From positions 1-36,519 of IMG/VR virus record IMGVR_UViG_3300049844_000277: 36,519 bases of DNA; one strand, 5' to 3'. Shown one piece after another: positions 1-7,797 of the stretch (the first letter of the stretch is position 1; each line of letters begins with the position of its first letter). The notes below the pieces were generated by a model that had not been told where the DNA came from, made no database searches, and was given only the letters and a program-made list of their open reading frames with translations. The position numbers were made by a program, and so were the translations under genes. The stretch comes from a virus.

Positions 1-142
1 CCATAAATTTAAAGGTCCTTTTGAAGGCTATGTCGGCTTTCAAAAAATAGATCATTTATGGGTATAAGGAATAATGGGAAAACACGCAAGCCTTTGTCCA
101 GGGCCTGAGCCGGTCATAGTTGACGGTGCGTGAAACGGGCAT

Positions 143-160
143 CTGAGATTCGGATCTCAG
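143..160 (+). promoter_or_regulatory. 7-bp inverted repeat CTGAGAT-tcgg-ATCTCAG directly 5' of the AGGAG ribosome-binding site of the first gene
   Basis: Perfect 7-bp stem with a 4-nt loop ends 1 nt before aaaggag. A TTGACG -35-like hexamer lies at 120-125. Confidence 0.3.
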
Positions 161-175
161 AAAGGAGAAAACCAC

Positions 176-391
176 ATGTGGGCAACACTTGGGGTTAACA
201 CGCTGAGGATGGCCGCGGCAGGTGCGGCTACGTTCCTGGGAGTGGTAGGGGCCGCCGAGGCCATCCAGGCCGGTAAGAAGTGGGTCGGGGGGTACAACAA
301 GACGTCGGAGTCGAAGTCGAAGTCGAAGTCGAAGTCGAAGTCGAAGGCGAGAAGGGATCCGTCTGCTCCGCTTAAGCGGCGGGCAGCGTAA
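176..391 (+). CDS. Small membrane-anchored protein with a C-terminal (Ser-Lys)6 repeat tail
   Basis: AGGAG sits 8 nt upstream of the ATG. The N-terminus is a hydrophobic Ala/Gly-rich helix followed by SKSKSKSKSKSK, encoded by (GTCGAA)6. Confidence 0.5.
   Translation: MWATLGVNTLRMAAAGAATFLGVVGAAEAIQAGKKWVGGYNKTSESKSKSKSKSKSKARRDPSAPLKRRAA
310..345 (+). repeat. Perfect hexanucleotide tandem repeat (GTCGAA)x6 with degenerate flanking copies at 304-309 and 346-351
   Basis: Six direct perfect units are visible. The repeat stays in frame and encodes the (SK)n tail. Confidence 0.9.
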
Positions 392-443
392 GGCTCCTAG
401 TCTCCTTGGCCTCGATATTCTGAGGTCAAGGAGATAAAAGAGC

Positions 444-737
444 GTGGAAGTACGTCACGCTTTTTTTTGCATCGACGCGTATATTACGTCTATGCCTAAG
501 CCCAAGGTAAAGAAGGTGAAGGTGTTTGATTTCGACAGCTTTGCTAGAATACTCGGTAAAGCTGTTCGATTGGGTCGTGCGCATTGGCTAGCCCGGCAAG
601 CACAAGCAACGCCGGCGGAACTGGCTACTGTGCTCAATTTACCGAACGTAGAACCGGTATCCCGAAGCGTGTATCTTTTGTTTATCCGCGAGGCGTATCT
701 CGCTGGATACAACTTCAGTAACATCCATATTGCGTGA
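444..737 (+). CDS. Hypothetical small protein, possibly a helix-turn-helix DNA binder
   Basis: A GTG start is preceded by AAGGAG 10 nt upstream. An alternative ATG lies at 492. The segment ELATVLNLPNVEPVSRSVYLLF looks like a helix-turn-helix. A T8 run lies inside the 5' end. Confidence 0.4.
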   Translation: MEVRHAFFCIDAYITSMPKPKVKKVKVFDFDSFARILGKAVRLGRAHWLARQAQATPAELATVLNLPNVEPVSRSVYLLFIREAYLAGYNFSNIHIA

Positions 738-884
738 ATAGTCTCGCAGACTAAGCGAAGCCTTTGTAGTAAAGGCCGGAAGTACGCTGGCCGGTGCCAG
801 TACAAGGGACCGTCACCGCGGAGCCGAGCTGGAACTGCAGTTAACCGTAATCAAAGTATCCACGTAATATGGAGACCTATACCC

Positions 885-1094
885 ATGCACAACATTCCTT
901 TTCATCATACGGCAATGGGTCGGGATTTTTTTGATCGTAATATCCCGATGCTTGTACGTCAGCTAACACGCCTTAACGACAACCTAGAGAAATTAATTAA
1001 GCAAAAAGCGGACACGTTAGATGAAAAAGAGGAGGTCCACCTTAGAGACACTATAGAAGTCGGAGAGTTGCGTACGACAATACCTCGAATATAA
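885..1094 (+). CDS. Hypothetical protein, 69 aa
   Basis: Open frame with GGAGA 12 nt upstream. A TTAACC-18-TAATAT promoter-like pair lies at about 841-875. The protein looks helical and charged. Confidence 0.35.
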   Translation: MHNIPFHHTAMGRDFFDRNIPMLVRQLTRLNDNLEKLIKQKADTLDEKEEVHLRDTIEVGELRTTIPRI

Positions 1095-1099
1095 GGCCC

Positions 1100-1450
1100 G
1101 TGGGGATGAAATTAAAGGGTTACAAGTTTTCCGCGGAGTTTGATTATAAGTTTTCTCCTCCGGACATTTTCTCGTGCAGACACTGCGGACAGGTACAGCG
1201 TGTACACGCGGAAGGTAAGTGCCTTTTTGAGCCGACGTTTTATTCAACACACGACCTGTTGAAGTTCTTTGAGTTACTGGGTGAGGAGGGTGGTAGCATT
1301 ACCTTACGCGCCGGAAACTTCTCCTTAACGCAGGGCGTATCCCGCCGCGCAGTAGATGTTCGCCCCCACAATGTGAAGGGACATATCCGGACTTTCGGAG
1401 AGGCTTATCTAACCTCAGATGAAAATGGATCCGATGCCCCGAACAGTTAG
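1100..1450 (+). CDS. Hypothetical protein, 116 aa, with a CxxC...C cluster
   Basis: GTG at 1100 or ATG at 1106 with GGGG adjacent. It sits 5 nt after the previous stop. Motif CRHCGQVQRVHAEGKC. Confidence 0.4.
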   Translation: MGMKLKGYKFSAEFDYKFSPPDIFSCRHCGQVQRVHAEGKCLFEPTFYSTHDLLKFFELLGEEGGSITLRAGNFSLTQGVSRRAVDVRPHNVKGHIRTFGEAYLTSDENGSDAPNS

Positions 1451-1685
1451 GAATTTCTGGATAGATCTGGAAGTGGACGGGCGAAAACACAGAATAAAAG
1501 CCGGTCCAAAAAGTAAATCCGGCGGTTTTGCTTGCAAGATTTTACAGCGAGCAGACGGAGAAATTTATGAGAAGGATTTGGTTATTAGTGGAAATGTTAT
1601 TAGCGAAAATGGGTTTAACAAATCGCTGATACTTCGTGTATGGGTTGACGGCGAAGTAATATTTAGTAGAACCACGAAAGTGTAA
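1419..1685 (+). CDS. Hypothetical protein, 88 aa
   Basis: Overlaps the upstream gene by 32 nt in an operon-like packing. The sequence is not low complexity. Confidence 0.35.
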   Translation: MKMDPMPRTVRNFWIDLEVDGRKHRIKAGPKSKSGGFACKILQRADGEIYEKDLVISGNVISENGFNKSLILRVWVDGEVIFSRTTKV

Positions 1686-1686
1686 T

Positions 1687-1938
1687 ATGTCCTCTGCCGG
1701 TTTAAAGCGTACCTGGAAATTTCACCGGCTCCTAGATGACCTAGTAAAATGGAGCGCATACTTAGAGCAGAGCGCTGAATGCTTTCACACTGATTTAGCG
1801 ACGTTTGATACAGGTCTAATCGACGATTCGGCGTATCTACGTAAGCTGCACAAAGAAATCCTAGGCTGCCTTACCCGAGTAAAGAAAGAAAGCGCACAAT
1901 TAAGAAAAGTGCGAAATCTGCACGGGTATAGGCGCTAA
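1687..1938 (+). CDS. Hypothetical helical protein, 83 aa
   Basis: The start is 2 nt after the previous stop, which suggests translational coupling. Confidence 0.4.
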   Translation: MSSAGLKRTWKFHRLLDDLVKWSAYLEQSAECFHTDLATFDTGLIDDSAYLRKLHKEILGCLTRVKKESAQLRKVRNLHGYRR

Positions 1939-1999
1939 TCGTTCTCAGATTCTGTCTGACGGAATGTCACCGTAGTGGTGATGGTTTTGTCCGTTTGCG

Positions 2000-2066
2000 C
2001 GGGTTGGGGGCAGTCCGCAAAAAGACGCGTCCTACCCCCAACCCGAACAAACCAGGTATATAAAAT
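2000..2066 (+). promoter_or_regulatory. Operator-like element over a promoter: 11-bp perfect inverted repeat CGGGTTGGGGG...CCCCCAACCCG (2000-2010 and 2035-2045) followed by TATATAAAAT
   Basis: The 24-nt spacer holds the 8-bp palindrome GACGCGTC. The -10-like box at about 2057-2066 is followed by the 2090 gene. No U-tract on either strand, so it is not a canonical terminator. Confidence 0.4.
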
Positions 2067-2089
2067 CCAACTCAGTGAGAATGTGACCT

Positions 2090-2284
2090 ATGTCAATCAA
2101 TATTTGGGGTAAGTACCTGAATCGAGTACCTGAGAAAATCGATGTGGCGGAATCCGCCGAAGAAGCTGCGTATATGGTTCGCCAGTATCAGCTAGGTTTC
2201 GGAAAGAACTGGATTATCTGGAGCGGTAAACGTAAAGACCTTACGGATTATCTCGCGGTGTTCAAAGACCCCAGTACGACCTAA
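2090..2284 (+). CDS. Hypothetical protein, 64 aa
   Basis: First gene after the operator/promoter element. The next gene starts 9 nt downstream. Confidence 0.4.
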   Translation: MSINIWGKYLNRVPEKIDVAESAEEAAYMVRQYQLGFGKNWIIWSGKRKDLTDYLAVFKDPSTT

Positions 2285-2292
2285 ACTAGAGC

Positions 2293-3318
2293 ATGGAATC
2301 CGAAGCGTACAAGCTGGGTACTCTCGACGCAGCCTTGGAATTGGGAATCACCAAGGAGGCGTGGGCTAAAGCTGTTTTACCCGCATTGGGGGCAGCGACA
2401 GGCGCCATGTTAGCGCCTGAGGGTGAAAGAGCGCAAGGCGCCGTGCTGGGAGGACTTGGAGCTCTTGGTACTCAAGCCGCCGTTGGTGCAGGGGCACGGA
2501 AACTTGTGAATCTCGGTTCTCGCGCTAAGACATTTCTTACCCCTAAGCCAAATCCACACGCTCCGACGCCTGGCGGAAAACAAATGGCGCAAACGGCGAA
2601 TCTTCCTGAGCATCTAGCGGATTTGACTCACTGGAACAGACAGGAGCGGATGTTCGATCGTACGCAAGATATGCTTAAGCGAGAAACCGCGCAGAATAAT
2701 GCTGAACTCTCTCGCCTTAATCCCGCTAAACCTGCTCCGACGATTTCACCACAGACTATCGCAGAATCCAAACGCTTAGGTACTGACCCCGCGTTGGTAA
2801 CGGCGATGATGAATGCTCCGAAGCAAGCGAGCTTGGCGCAATTTAAGTTGTCTGCTGATATCTCAATGGGCATGGGTATCCCGGGAACACCGGTAAGCAT
2901 CGGACTTAAAGACCAGCGGGAACGGTTACCGGGAATGGGCTACTGGGTTCCCCGCTCTACGTTAGAACGGGGTTTCCAATATGTTGACCAAGGGGTGGAT
3001 CCTGAAACAATTACGGCGCTTGAGGCGGAAAAAGGAACATTACTAGATCCTGCCGTGGGTGCCGCATTGGGGACCGTCGGAGCGTTAAAATTCATACCCA
3101 AAAGCGGAATAGTTGGGCCGCTTTTAGCAGGACTTACTGGCGCCGGGTTAGGTGCCAGTTATAACAGGCTTACACGAGACCGCCGTATAGCTGAAGGGAT
3201 AGAAGCATTACGCGGTGCGCAGTACGAACGTGAGCGTTTTCCAGTACGGCAGATAGCGCATCCCTCGGCAAACGAATCTACTCCGTTGGTAGTTTCTGGG
3301 GGGCATGAAGAGTCATGA
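2293..3318 (+). CDS. Gly/Ala-rich protein with several glycine-zipper (GxxxG-like) hydrophobic segments; possible membrane-active or ejection-type protein
   Basis: Segments GAATGAMLAP, GGLGALGTQAAVGAGA, LGTVGALKF and GPLLAGLTGAGLGAS. The 341-aa frame is clean. Confidence 0.55.
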   Translation: MESEAYKLGTLDAALELGITKEAWAKAVLPALGAATGAMLAPEGERAQGAVLGGLGALGTQAAVGAGARKLVNLGSRAKTFLTPKPNPHAPTPGGKQMAQTANLPEHLADLTHWNRQERMFDRTQDMLKRETAQNNAELSRLNPAKPAPTISPQTIAESKRLGTDPALVTAMMNAPKQASLAQFKLSADISMGMGIPGTPVSIGLKDQRERLPGMGYWVPRSTLERGFQYVDQGVDPETITALEAEKGTLLDPAVGAALGTVGALKFIPKSGIVGPLLAGLTGAGLGASYNRLTRDRRIAEGIEALRGAQYERERFPVRQIAHPSANESTPLVVSGGHEES

Positions 3319-3342
3319 GGTTTCAGCGGGCTAAATCGGCGG

Positions 3343-3376
3343 GAGAGTCCGCGGCATTAGATGCCTTCGGACTCTC
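3343..3376 (+). other. Nested perfect hairpin: outer 9-bp stem GAGAGTCCG/CGGACTCTC enclosing inner 5-bp stem GGCAT-tag-ATGCC
   Basis: Lies 25 nt 3' of the 341-aa gene stop, at the point where plus and minus transcription converge. No U-tract follows. Confidence 0.5.
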
Positions 3377-3453
3377 ACACGGTACGCCGATTCCTCCACC
3401 GACCTGGGTACAGCAGTGGCTAAAGGAAAAACATTCAACGGGAACGAAGAACG

Positions 3454-3750
3454 TCACAATCCCGTCGATGTCTCAGCGGAAGTACTCGAGTCAAAGGTTA
3501 GCCAGCCCTGACTCCGCCAGTAAAGCAAGATAGAGGTAATGCGTACTCTCATCTTTTGCTGCATTGCTTCGTCAAAGGCATCTTCTAAATGGTCCATCGC
3601 AAGGGCGCTGGAACCTTGAATGAGTTCTTTCCAGAGCTCTTCAAGTGTATGCCCTTGATGGAACGCCCACGAAACAACAGGTGGTGAGAACGTCACCACC
3701 TGCTGTAGCGGGTCTTCCGGGTGTTGCGTTATGGATACGTTAGGAATCAA
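3454..3750 (-). CDS. Hypothetical acidic helical protein, 98 aa, TTG start
   Basis: An in-frame TAG lies immediately upstream of the TTG. GAGG sits 9 nt upstream. It overlaps the AT-hook gene end by 11 nt. Confidence 0.4.
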   Translation of the reverse strand: MIPNVSITQHPEDPLQQVVTFSPPVVSWAFHQGHTLEELWKELIQGSSALAMDHLEDAFDEAMQQKMRVRITSILLYWRSQGWLTFDSSTSAETSTGL

Positions 3751-4216
3751 CTACAACGCCTCGGCGAGTTGCGTACGCGGTAAGAATCTCTCCAACGAGA
3801 GAGCCCACTGACGTATCCGCCTCCGATGCAGCGGCCTTCAGGAACTGCATGACGGTCTTCGGCACCTGCCCCTGAGCCTTCATTCCCGCGCCACGCCGAG
3901 CCCTCTTCTCCACCTTGGGAACCTGTGCGCTTACAGACTTCGGAGGACGACCGACGCGCCCAGGAACCTTCGGAGGACGTCCGACGCGTCCCGCCATCTT
4001 CGGAGGACGGCCAACACGTCCCGGAACCTTCGGAGGACGACCTCGCCGGGGAGCGGCGGCCGTAAGAGCTCGGCGCGTATACTTCCGCTTAACCCTCTGA
4101 GCCGGAGCAGCCGCAGCGGGCACGGCGGTGAGGGGAACGGGTGCAACAGCAGGAACATGATTCGTAGGCGCAGCAACCGTTGCGGCTACGGGAACTGTAA
4201 GCGTCGGGGCATCCAT
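3740..4216 (-). CDS. DNA-binding protein with 4-5 tandem AT-hook motifs (GRVGRPPK / RRGRPPK)
   Basis: I chose ATG at 4216 because AGGAG lies 6 nt upstream; the ORF track extends to a TTG at 4249. The R-G-R-P core flanked by basic residues is the AT-hook signature. The N-terminus is rich in Pro, Ala and Val. Confidence 0.7.
   Translation of the reverse strand: MDAPTLTVPVAATVAAPTNHVPAVAPVPLTAVPAAAAPAQRVKRKYTRRALTAAAPRRGRPPKVPGRVGRPPKMAGRVGRPPKVPGRVGRPPKSVSAQVPKVEKRARRGAGMKAQGQVPKTVMQFLKAAASEADTSVGSLVGEILTAYATRRGVVVDS
3938..4057 (-). repeat. 30-bp tandem DNA repeat x4 (unit starts at 3938, 3968, 3998 and 4028) encoding the AT-hook array
   Basis: Direct repeats cttcggaggacgNccNac... with a 30-nt period are visible. 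They are in frame. Confidence 0.85.
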
Positions 4217-4264
4217 CTTTGACTCCTTGAGTGAGATTTCGAGTTTCAAACCGCTATTAACGCA

Positions 4265-5005
4265 TCAATCGATATGTATCAACAGCTTTTCTCTGTATTC
4301 CGGATTTAACTCAAAGGGGTATCCGAAGGGATTGCAGACGATTCGGGTATCCCCTAGTTGATAACTAAAGAAATCGTGCGTATGGCCGTGTATCCAGAGT
4401 ACAGGCTTACGCTCTACAATAAATCGGTCCATCTGCGATACAAAAAAAGGATTAGTGGCGGATCCTCGGTATCTAGCCGCTACACTCTTCATCGACGGTA
4501 GGTAGTGCGTGATGACTACGTCACCTTGTTTGAGGTTTTTGTCTAAAAAGCGCTCAAACTTAGCGTTCTCTCGCACAACCCAAGGATGAAAGTCAACGAT
4601 CTCAGTGAAATCGTTCATCTCCGTGGCGGCGTAATCGTAATACGGCTTCCACTGCGGAAACCACATCGTACCGCCAAGAAAACGGCGGCCGTTGATACTG
4701 AGTACTTGATTGTTCAGTACGGAGAGGTTCGAGATACCCGCGCACGCCGTACTGAGTACGCTAAATCCTTCTGCTGGACGGAGCCTCCAAAATTCATGAT
4801 TACCGGGTACGTAAATAACCTTTGGGTACTTCGCCGCAAGTGCGAGGAGTAGTTTGCGTACCTGCGCACTGAACCGTAAGGATAGTATGTCTCCAGCGAG
4901 TACAAGGATATCCACGTCGGAGGGGTCCATCTTTCCGATGAACTCGGTACCGCCGTCAGCATGAAGCTCGAGATGGAGGTCAGATACTATCTGAAGGGTA
5001 GGCAT
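4265..5005 (-). CDS. Calcineurin-like metallophosphoesterase
   Basis: The ordered motif set VSDLHLE, LAGDIL, PGNHEFW and WIHGHTHD is present. Confidence 0.8.
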   Translation of the reverse strand: MPTLQIVSDLHLELHADGGTEFIGKMDPSDVDILVLAGDILSLRFSAQVRKLLLALAAKYPKVIYVPGNHEFWRLRPAEGFSVLSTACAGISNLSVLNNQVLSINGRRFLGGTMWFPQWKPYYDYAATEMNDFTEIVDFHPWVVRENAKFERFLDKNLKQGDVVITHYLPSMKSVAARYRGSATNPFFVSQMDRFIVERKPVLWIHGHTHDFFSYQLGDTRIVCNPFGYPFELNPEYREKLLIHID

Positions 5006-5018
5006 GTGAACTGTGTAC

Positions 5019-5276
5019 CTATTCAGGCCCCGCAGGAACTTGCGTGGAGATTTTCTCTTTGGGCCGGTTTGAGTTGTGGCTGTGCTGGTATCCTGCTTTA
5101 TACTTTTTAGACGTCAGCGTAGTAGCCTTGATGACGGTAAATAAGTGTCCACCGGAGAGACGTTTAGTAGCAGGACTTTCGCCGCAGCTCGGACACTCAA
5201 CAGCGTCGCCATCTTGTCGAAGAGCTTCGAATTGATGGCCACAAGCTTCACACAGATAATCGAACACCTTGAGCAT
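5019..5276 (-). CDS. FmdB-family zinc-ribbon protein
   Basis: N-terminus MLKVFDYLCEACGHQFE...CPSCGE matches the FmdB CxxC-x(n)-CxxC ribbon. AGAGGA ribosome-binding site 6 nt upstream. Confidence 0.6.
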   Translation of the reverse strand: MLKVFDYLCEACGHQFEALRQDGDAVECPSCGESPATKRLSGGHLFTVIKATTLTSKKYKAGYQHSHNSNRPKEKISTQVPAGPE

Positions 5277-5285
5277 CGCTTCCTC

Positions 5286-7088
5286 TTAGATGGGGTTCAT
5301 GCTGTCATCGAATTCTACGCTAGGCTGATACGACTGATAGCAGTACGTTGAATCTTCGCCAACTAAAGTAGTGAGAGAGGTTATCGCTGCGGCGGTAGCG
5401 TCCGCTGCCGTCGCCGTAGTTGCACCCGCGATGGTCGCTGTGGTCGTTGTAGTGGTTGGAGAGCGCACCGACATATTGTCGTTGAACACCGCCGGTTCGA
5501 TGGTAGCTAGCTCTACATCAATCTTCGCCAAAGCATCGGCGATGGCGCTGGCTCCGGAGCTAACGCTCTCCAGCACTTTATTGAGTAAAGCCATGGCGTC
5601 GGGTGTGGTGGCCAGCAGTACAACACCAGAGACGAATTCTTCACCATCAAACGGCGGGCGGTTAGGGTCGGAAGTATCTCCGAAGGCTTTGACCAGGTCT
5701 TCCTTTAAAAAGGATAACCCGCCAGTTCCGGAAAACGTACGTGCGCTCACTGCCCCAAGATTTATGGAAGAGTACGCGGAAAGAGATGACGCCGCAGCAC
5801 TCAACTTAGCGGTTAACGCCGTATATCCTTTGATCTGCTGTTCGAGCGCTTTTACGTTTGTTTTGAGTAAGTCTCCGTAGCCGGTAGTCGTCTCACTCAA
5901 TTGAAGTGCGAACGTGGCGACCTGATTCAACAGAGAGCCGACGGCAGGGAATAGGTCTATTGTTCGTGGCGTACGGAACCAATCAGGAGGTACGCCGGTA
6001 ATACTCCGGGGCGTCCCCTGCGTAGGTTGCGGAAAATAGACCTTGGATACGTTAGAAAGACGGGGGAAATAAAGGTCAGTACCTCCACCGTCCTCAAGCT
6101 CTTTTGAGGTACCTAACTTAACGTGAAAACTTGCGCAGTAGTAATAGCTTGTCCCCGCGGTGTGTTCGGCGGTATCCAGGTACGTAGTTTCCGTTAGACT
6201 TGTGTTTTCTACCGGAGTAACGGCGATAACTTCCGTTAGCCCATCTCCGGATTTCATTCCTTTGGTAAGTGTATTTTTTCCGAAGATTTCTTTAGGCGTA
6301 GTTGCAGATAGCAGCTGTACAGCGGTTGACCGAATTATTGCGACTTCGGTAACTTTGGCGAAAGTATTGAAGGTAGGAAGTTCTATAAGTGTTGATTGAT
6401 ACGCCCACTGTAGGTGAATCGCGTTGCCAGCGATTACCTTGGTTTTTAAATTTTGTGGTGCTGGAATCTCTGGAACATCTAACGAGGTAGGCTGTCCCGG
6501 AGATATGATTGCGGACATACCATTTGTAAAAGGAATGATTTCCGCAAAACTAGCTGCGCCCGATACGATGTACATCCCGGCTATTGCGTCAGTATCGGCT
6601 AACTGCGGCCTACTCGCATCTCCCGCATCTTCGAGAGATTCTAAGACCGTACGCACGAATCCAGCGTTTCCCCCTGTTGCTGTGAATATGTTTCGGAGAA
6701 TCGCCTGTTCTTCGTTTGTAGTGGTCTTGTCCGCAAACATCGTTTGAACGTTCAATCTCTCAGGCGTCGGGGAGACGTCCGCCGTATCGTTCAAAGCAAT
6801 CTTCACGATTTCAGGGATAATGACTTTTCGACTCGGCGGAACAAGGAGGACATAAATACCCGTGTCCTTCGTTAAAGATGCGACAGCGGTGTCGATGGCT
6901 GCCGCTGCAGTCTTAATCGCTTCTTGCGTCGCACTAAGACTGGTTGTCGCGGTTACGCTGAGCGCTTCTACTAGCCCCTTTATGGCAGTTAACCCGGTAG
7001 ACGTTGTAGACGTTAAAGTTTTTAATCCGTCTACAGCGGTAGTAATCTCAACGGGAATCTTTGGGAGCTCAAACGTTTTCCACGCCAT
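5286..7088 (-). CDS. Large protein (600 aa) with an internal FN3/Ig-like domain, probably structural
   Basis: PAPQNLKTKVIAGNAIHLQW...TSYYYCASFHV resembles an FN3 domain. The start is coupled to the upstream gene through a TAATG overlap. Confidence 0.5.
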   Translation of the reverse strand: MAWKTFELPKIPVEITTAVDGLKTLTSTTSTGLTAIKGLVEALSVTATTSLSATQEAIKTAAAAIDTAVASLTKDTGIYVLLVPPSRKVIIPEIVKIALNDTADVSPTPERLNVQTMFADKTTTNEEQAILRNIFTATGGNAGFVRTVLESLEDAGDASRPQLADTDAIAGMYIVSGAASFAEIIPFTNGMSAIISPGQPTSLDVPEIPAPQNLKTKVIAGNAIHLQWAYQSTLIELPTFNTFAKVTEVAIIRSTAVQLLSATTPKEIFGKNTLTKGMKSGDGLTEVIAVTPVENTSLTETTYLDTAEHTAGTSYYYCASFHVKLGTSKELEDGGGTDLYFPRLSNVSKVYFPQPTQGTPRSITGVPPDWFRTPRTIDLFPAVGSLLNQVATFALQLSETTTGYGDLLKTNVKALEQQIKGYTALTAKLSAAASSLSAYSSINLGAVSARTFSGTGGLSFLKEDLVKAFGDTSDPNRPPFDGEEFVSGVVLLATTPDAMALLNKVLESVSSGASAIADALAKIDVELATIEPAVFNDNMSVRSPTTTTTTATIAGATTATAADATAAAITSLTTLVGEDSTYCYQSYQPSVEFDDSMNPI

Positions 7089-7393
7089 TAGAAAACACTC
7101 CCAGGTTTAGACTTAACCGTAAGATACCTACGCCGGATAATACCCGCAGGTTTACGCGGTAAAACTAGTTCTCGATCAATCCTGTCCGGCGCTAGGTAGG
7201 TTCGCTGCTGTAATGATTTTCTTACTTCGCGCAATTCCTTTGGATTGATTCCGTGAGACGAAACTCGTGATTCGAGAGATTGTATTCGGCGCGCAAGACG
7301 AATGCGTTCTACCCTTAAACGAACATCAATCAGCCGTTGTGCCAAGTCTAGTAACGGAACACCCGCGTGCCAAGTCATGTCGTACGGTATCAT
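7088..7393 (-). CDS. Basic coiled-coil protein, 101 aa
   Basis: Arg-rich helical sequence. Its stop overlaps the start of the 600-aa gene. Confidence 0.45.
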   Translation of the reverse strand: MIPYDMTWHAGVPLLDLAQRLIDVRLRVERIRLARRIQSLESRVSSHGINPKELREVRKSLQQRTYLAPDRIDRELVLPRKPAGIIRRRYLTVKSKPGSVF

Positions 7394-7446
7394 GCGCCAA
7401 TATTTGGTATAAGCTTTATGTTTAACGACTTTAAATAAGGAACAGC
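7394..7446. promoter_or_regulatory. AT-rich divergent intergenic region, candidate divergent promoters
   Basis: A 53-nt AT-rich gap separates the minus-strand 7393 start from the plus-strand 7447 start. I saw no clean -35/-10 pair. Confidence 0.3.
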
Positions 7447-7797
7447 ATGAGCACAGAGATACAGAAATTCGGAACAGTTACGTATATCGTGCATCAGCCG
7501 GGAAATGCTACGCGCTATGAAGTGATAGGTGTCAAGCTACCTACGGCGGTTCCCGATTACGGAGATATGTGGCTGATTTCTTTTCCTTCCCTAGGAACTT
7601 CTTACGTCTTTCACCCGGGAGGATTTATAACCGTAGGGTATGTAACCGAGAAACTTTCGCATCAGAGAAATGGTTTGAAACTTGGGGAGGTGGATTTACA
7701 TGAGATGACCAAATGTATTGCATTAATCACCGGAGGAAAACATAACGCAACTACCGATGCACGCGGTACATTTCCACTGTTAAACATAGCCCAGTAG
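7447..7797 (+). CDS. Hypothetical protein, 116 aa, first gene of the inverted cassette
   Basis: AAGGAA ribosome-binding site 6 nt upstream of the ATG. Confidence 0.5.
   Translation: MSTEIQKFGTVTYIVHQPGNATRYEVIGVKLPTAVPDYGDMWLISFPSLGTSYVFHPGGFITVGYVTEKLSHQRNGLKLGEVDLHEMTKCIALITGGKHNATTDARGTFPLLNIAQ

Noticed and set aside
441-474. Putative terminator (GCGTG stem plus T8) after the first gene
   Set aside because: The stem is only 5 bp, and the element lies inside the best-supported start (GTG at 444 with AAGGAG) of the next ORF. I kept it only as a note on the T8 run.
455-805. 116-aa minus-strand ORF
   Set aside because: It is antisense to the plus-strand 444..737 gene, Arg-rich like a mirror-frame artefact, and has no ribosome-binding site.
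3315-3533. 72-aa plus-strand ORF overlapping the stop of the 341-aa gene
   Set aside because: The Ser/Arg/Lys-rich product looks non-protein-like. It spans the nested hairpin and overlaps 80 nt of the more credible convergent 98-aa gene.
3938-4057. Possible CRISPR array suggested by the regular 30-bp direct repeats
   Set aside because: The repeats are contiguous with no spacers, in frame inside a coding sequence, and there are no cas genes.
3915-4176. ORFs 3915..4100 (+) and 3931..4176 (-) with repetitive FGGRPTRP and LRRF translations
   Set aside because: They are alternative-frame and antisense readings of the 30-bp tandem repeat inside the AT-hook gene. They have no independent ribosome-binding site and low-complexity products.
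5371-6747. Plus-strand ORFs of 169, 79 and 107 aa inside the 600-aa minus-strand gene
   Set aside because: They are Ala/Val/Ser-rich antisense frames of a Thr/Ala-rich gene, with no ribosome-binding sites, nested in a well-supported CDS.
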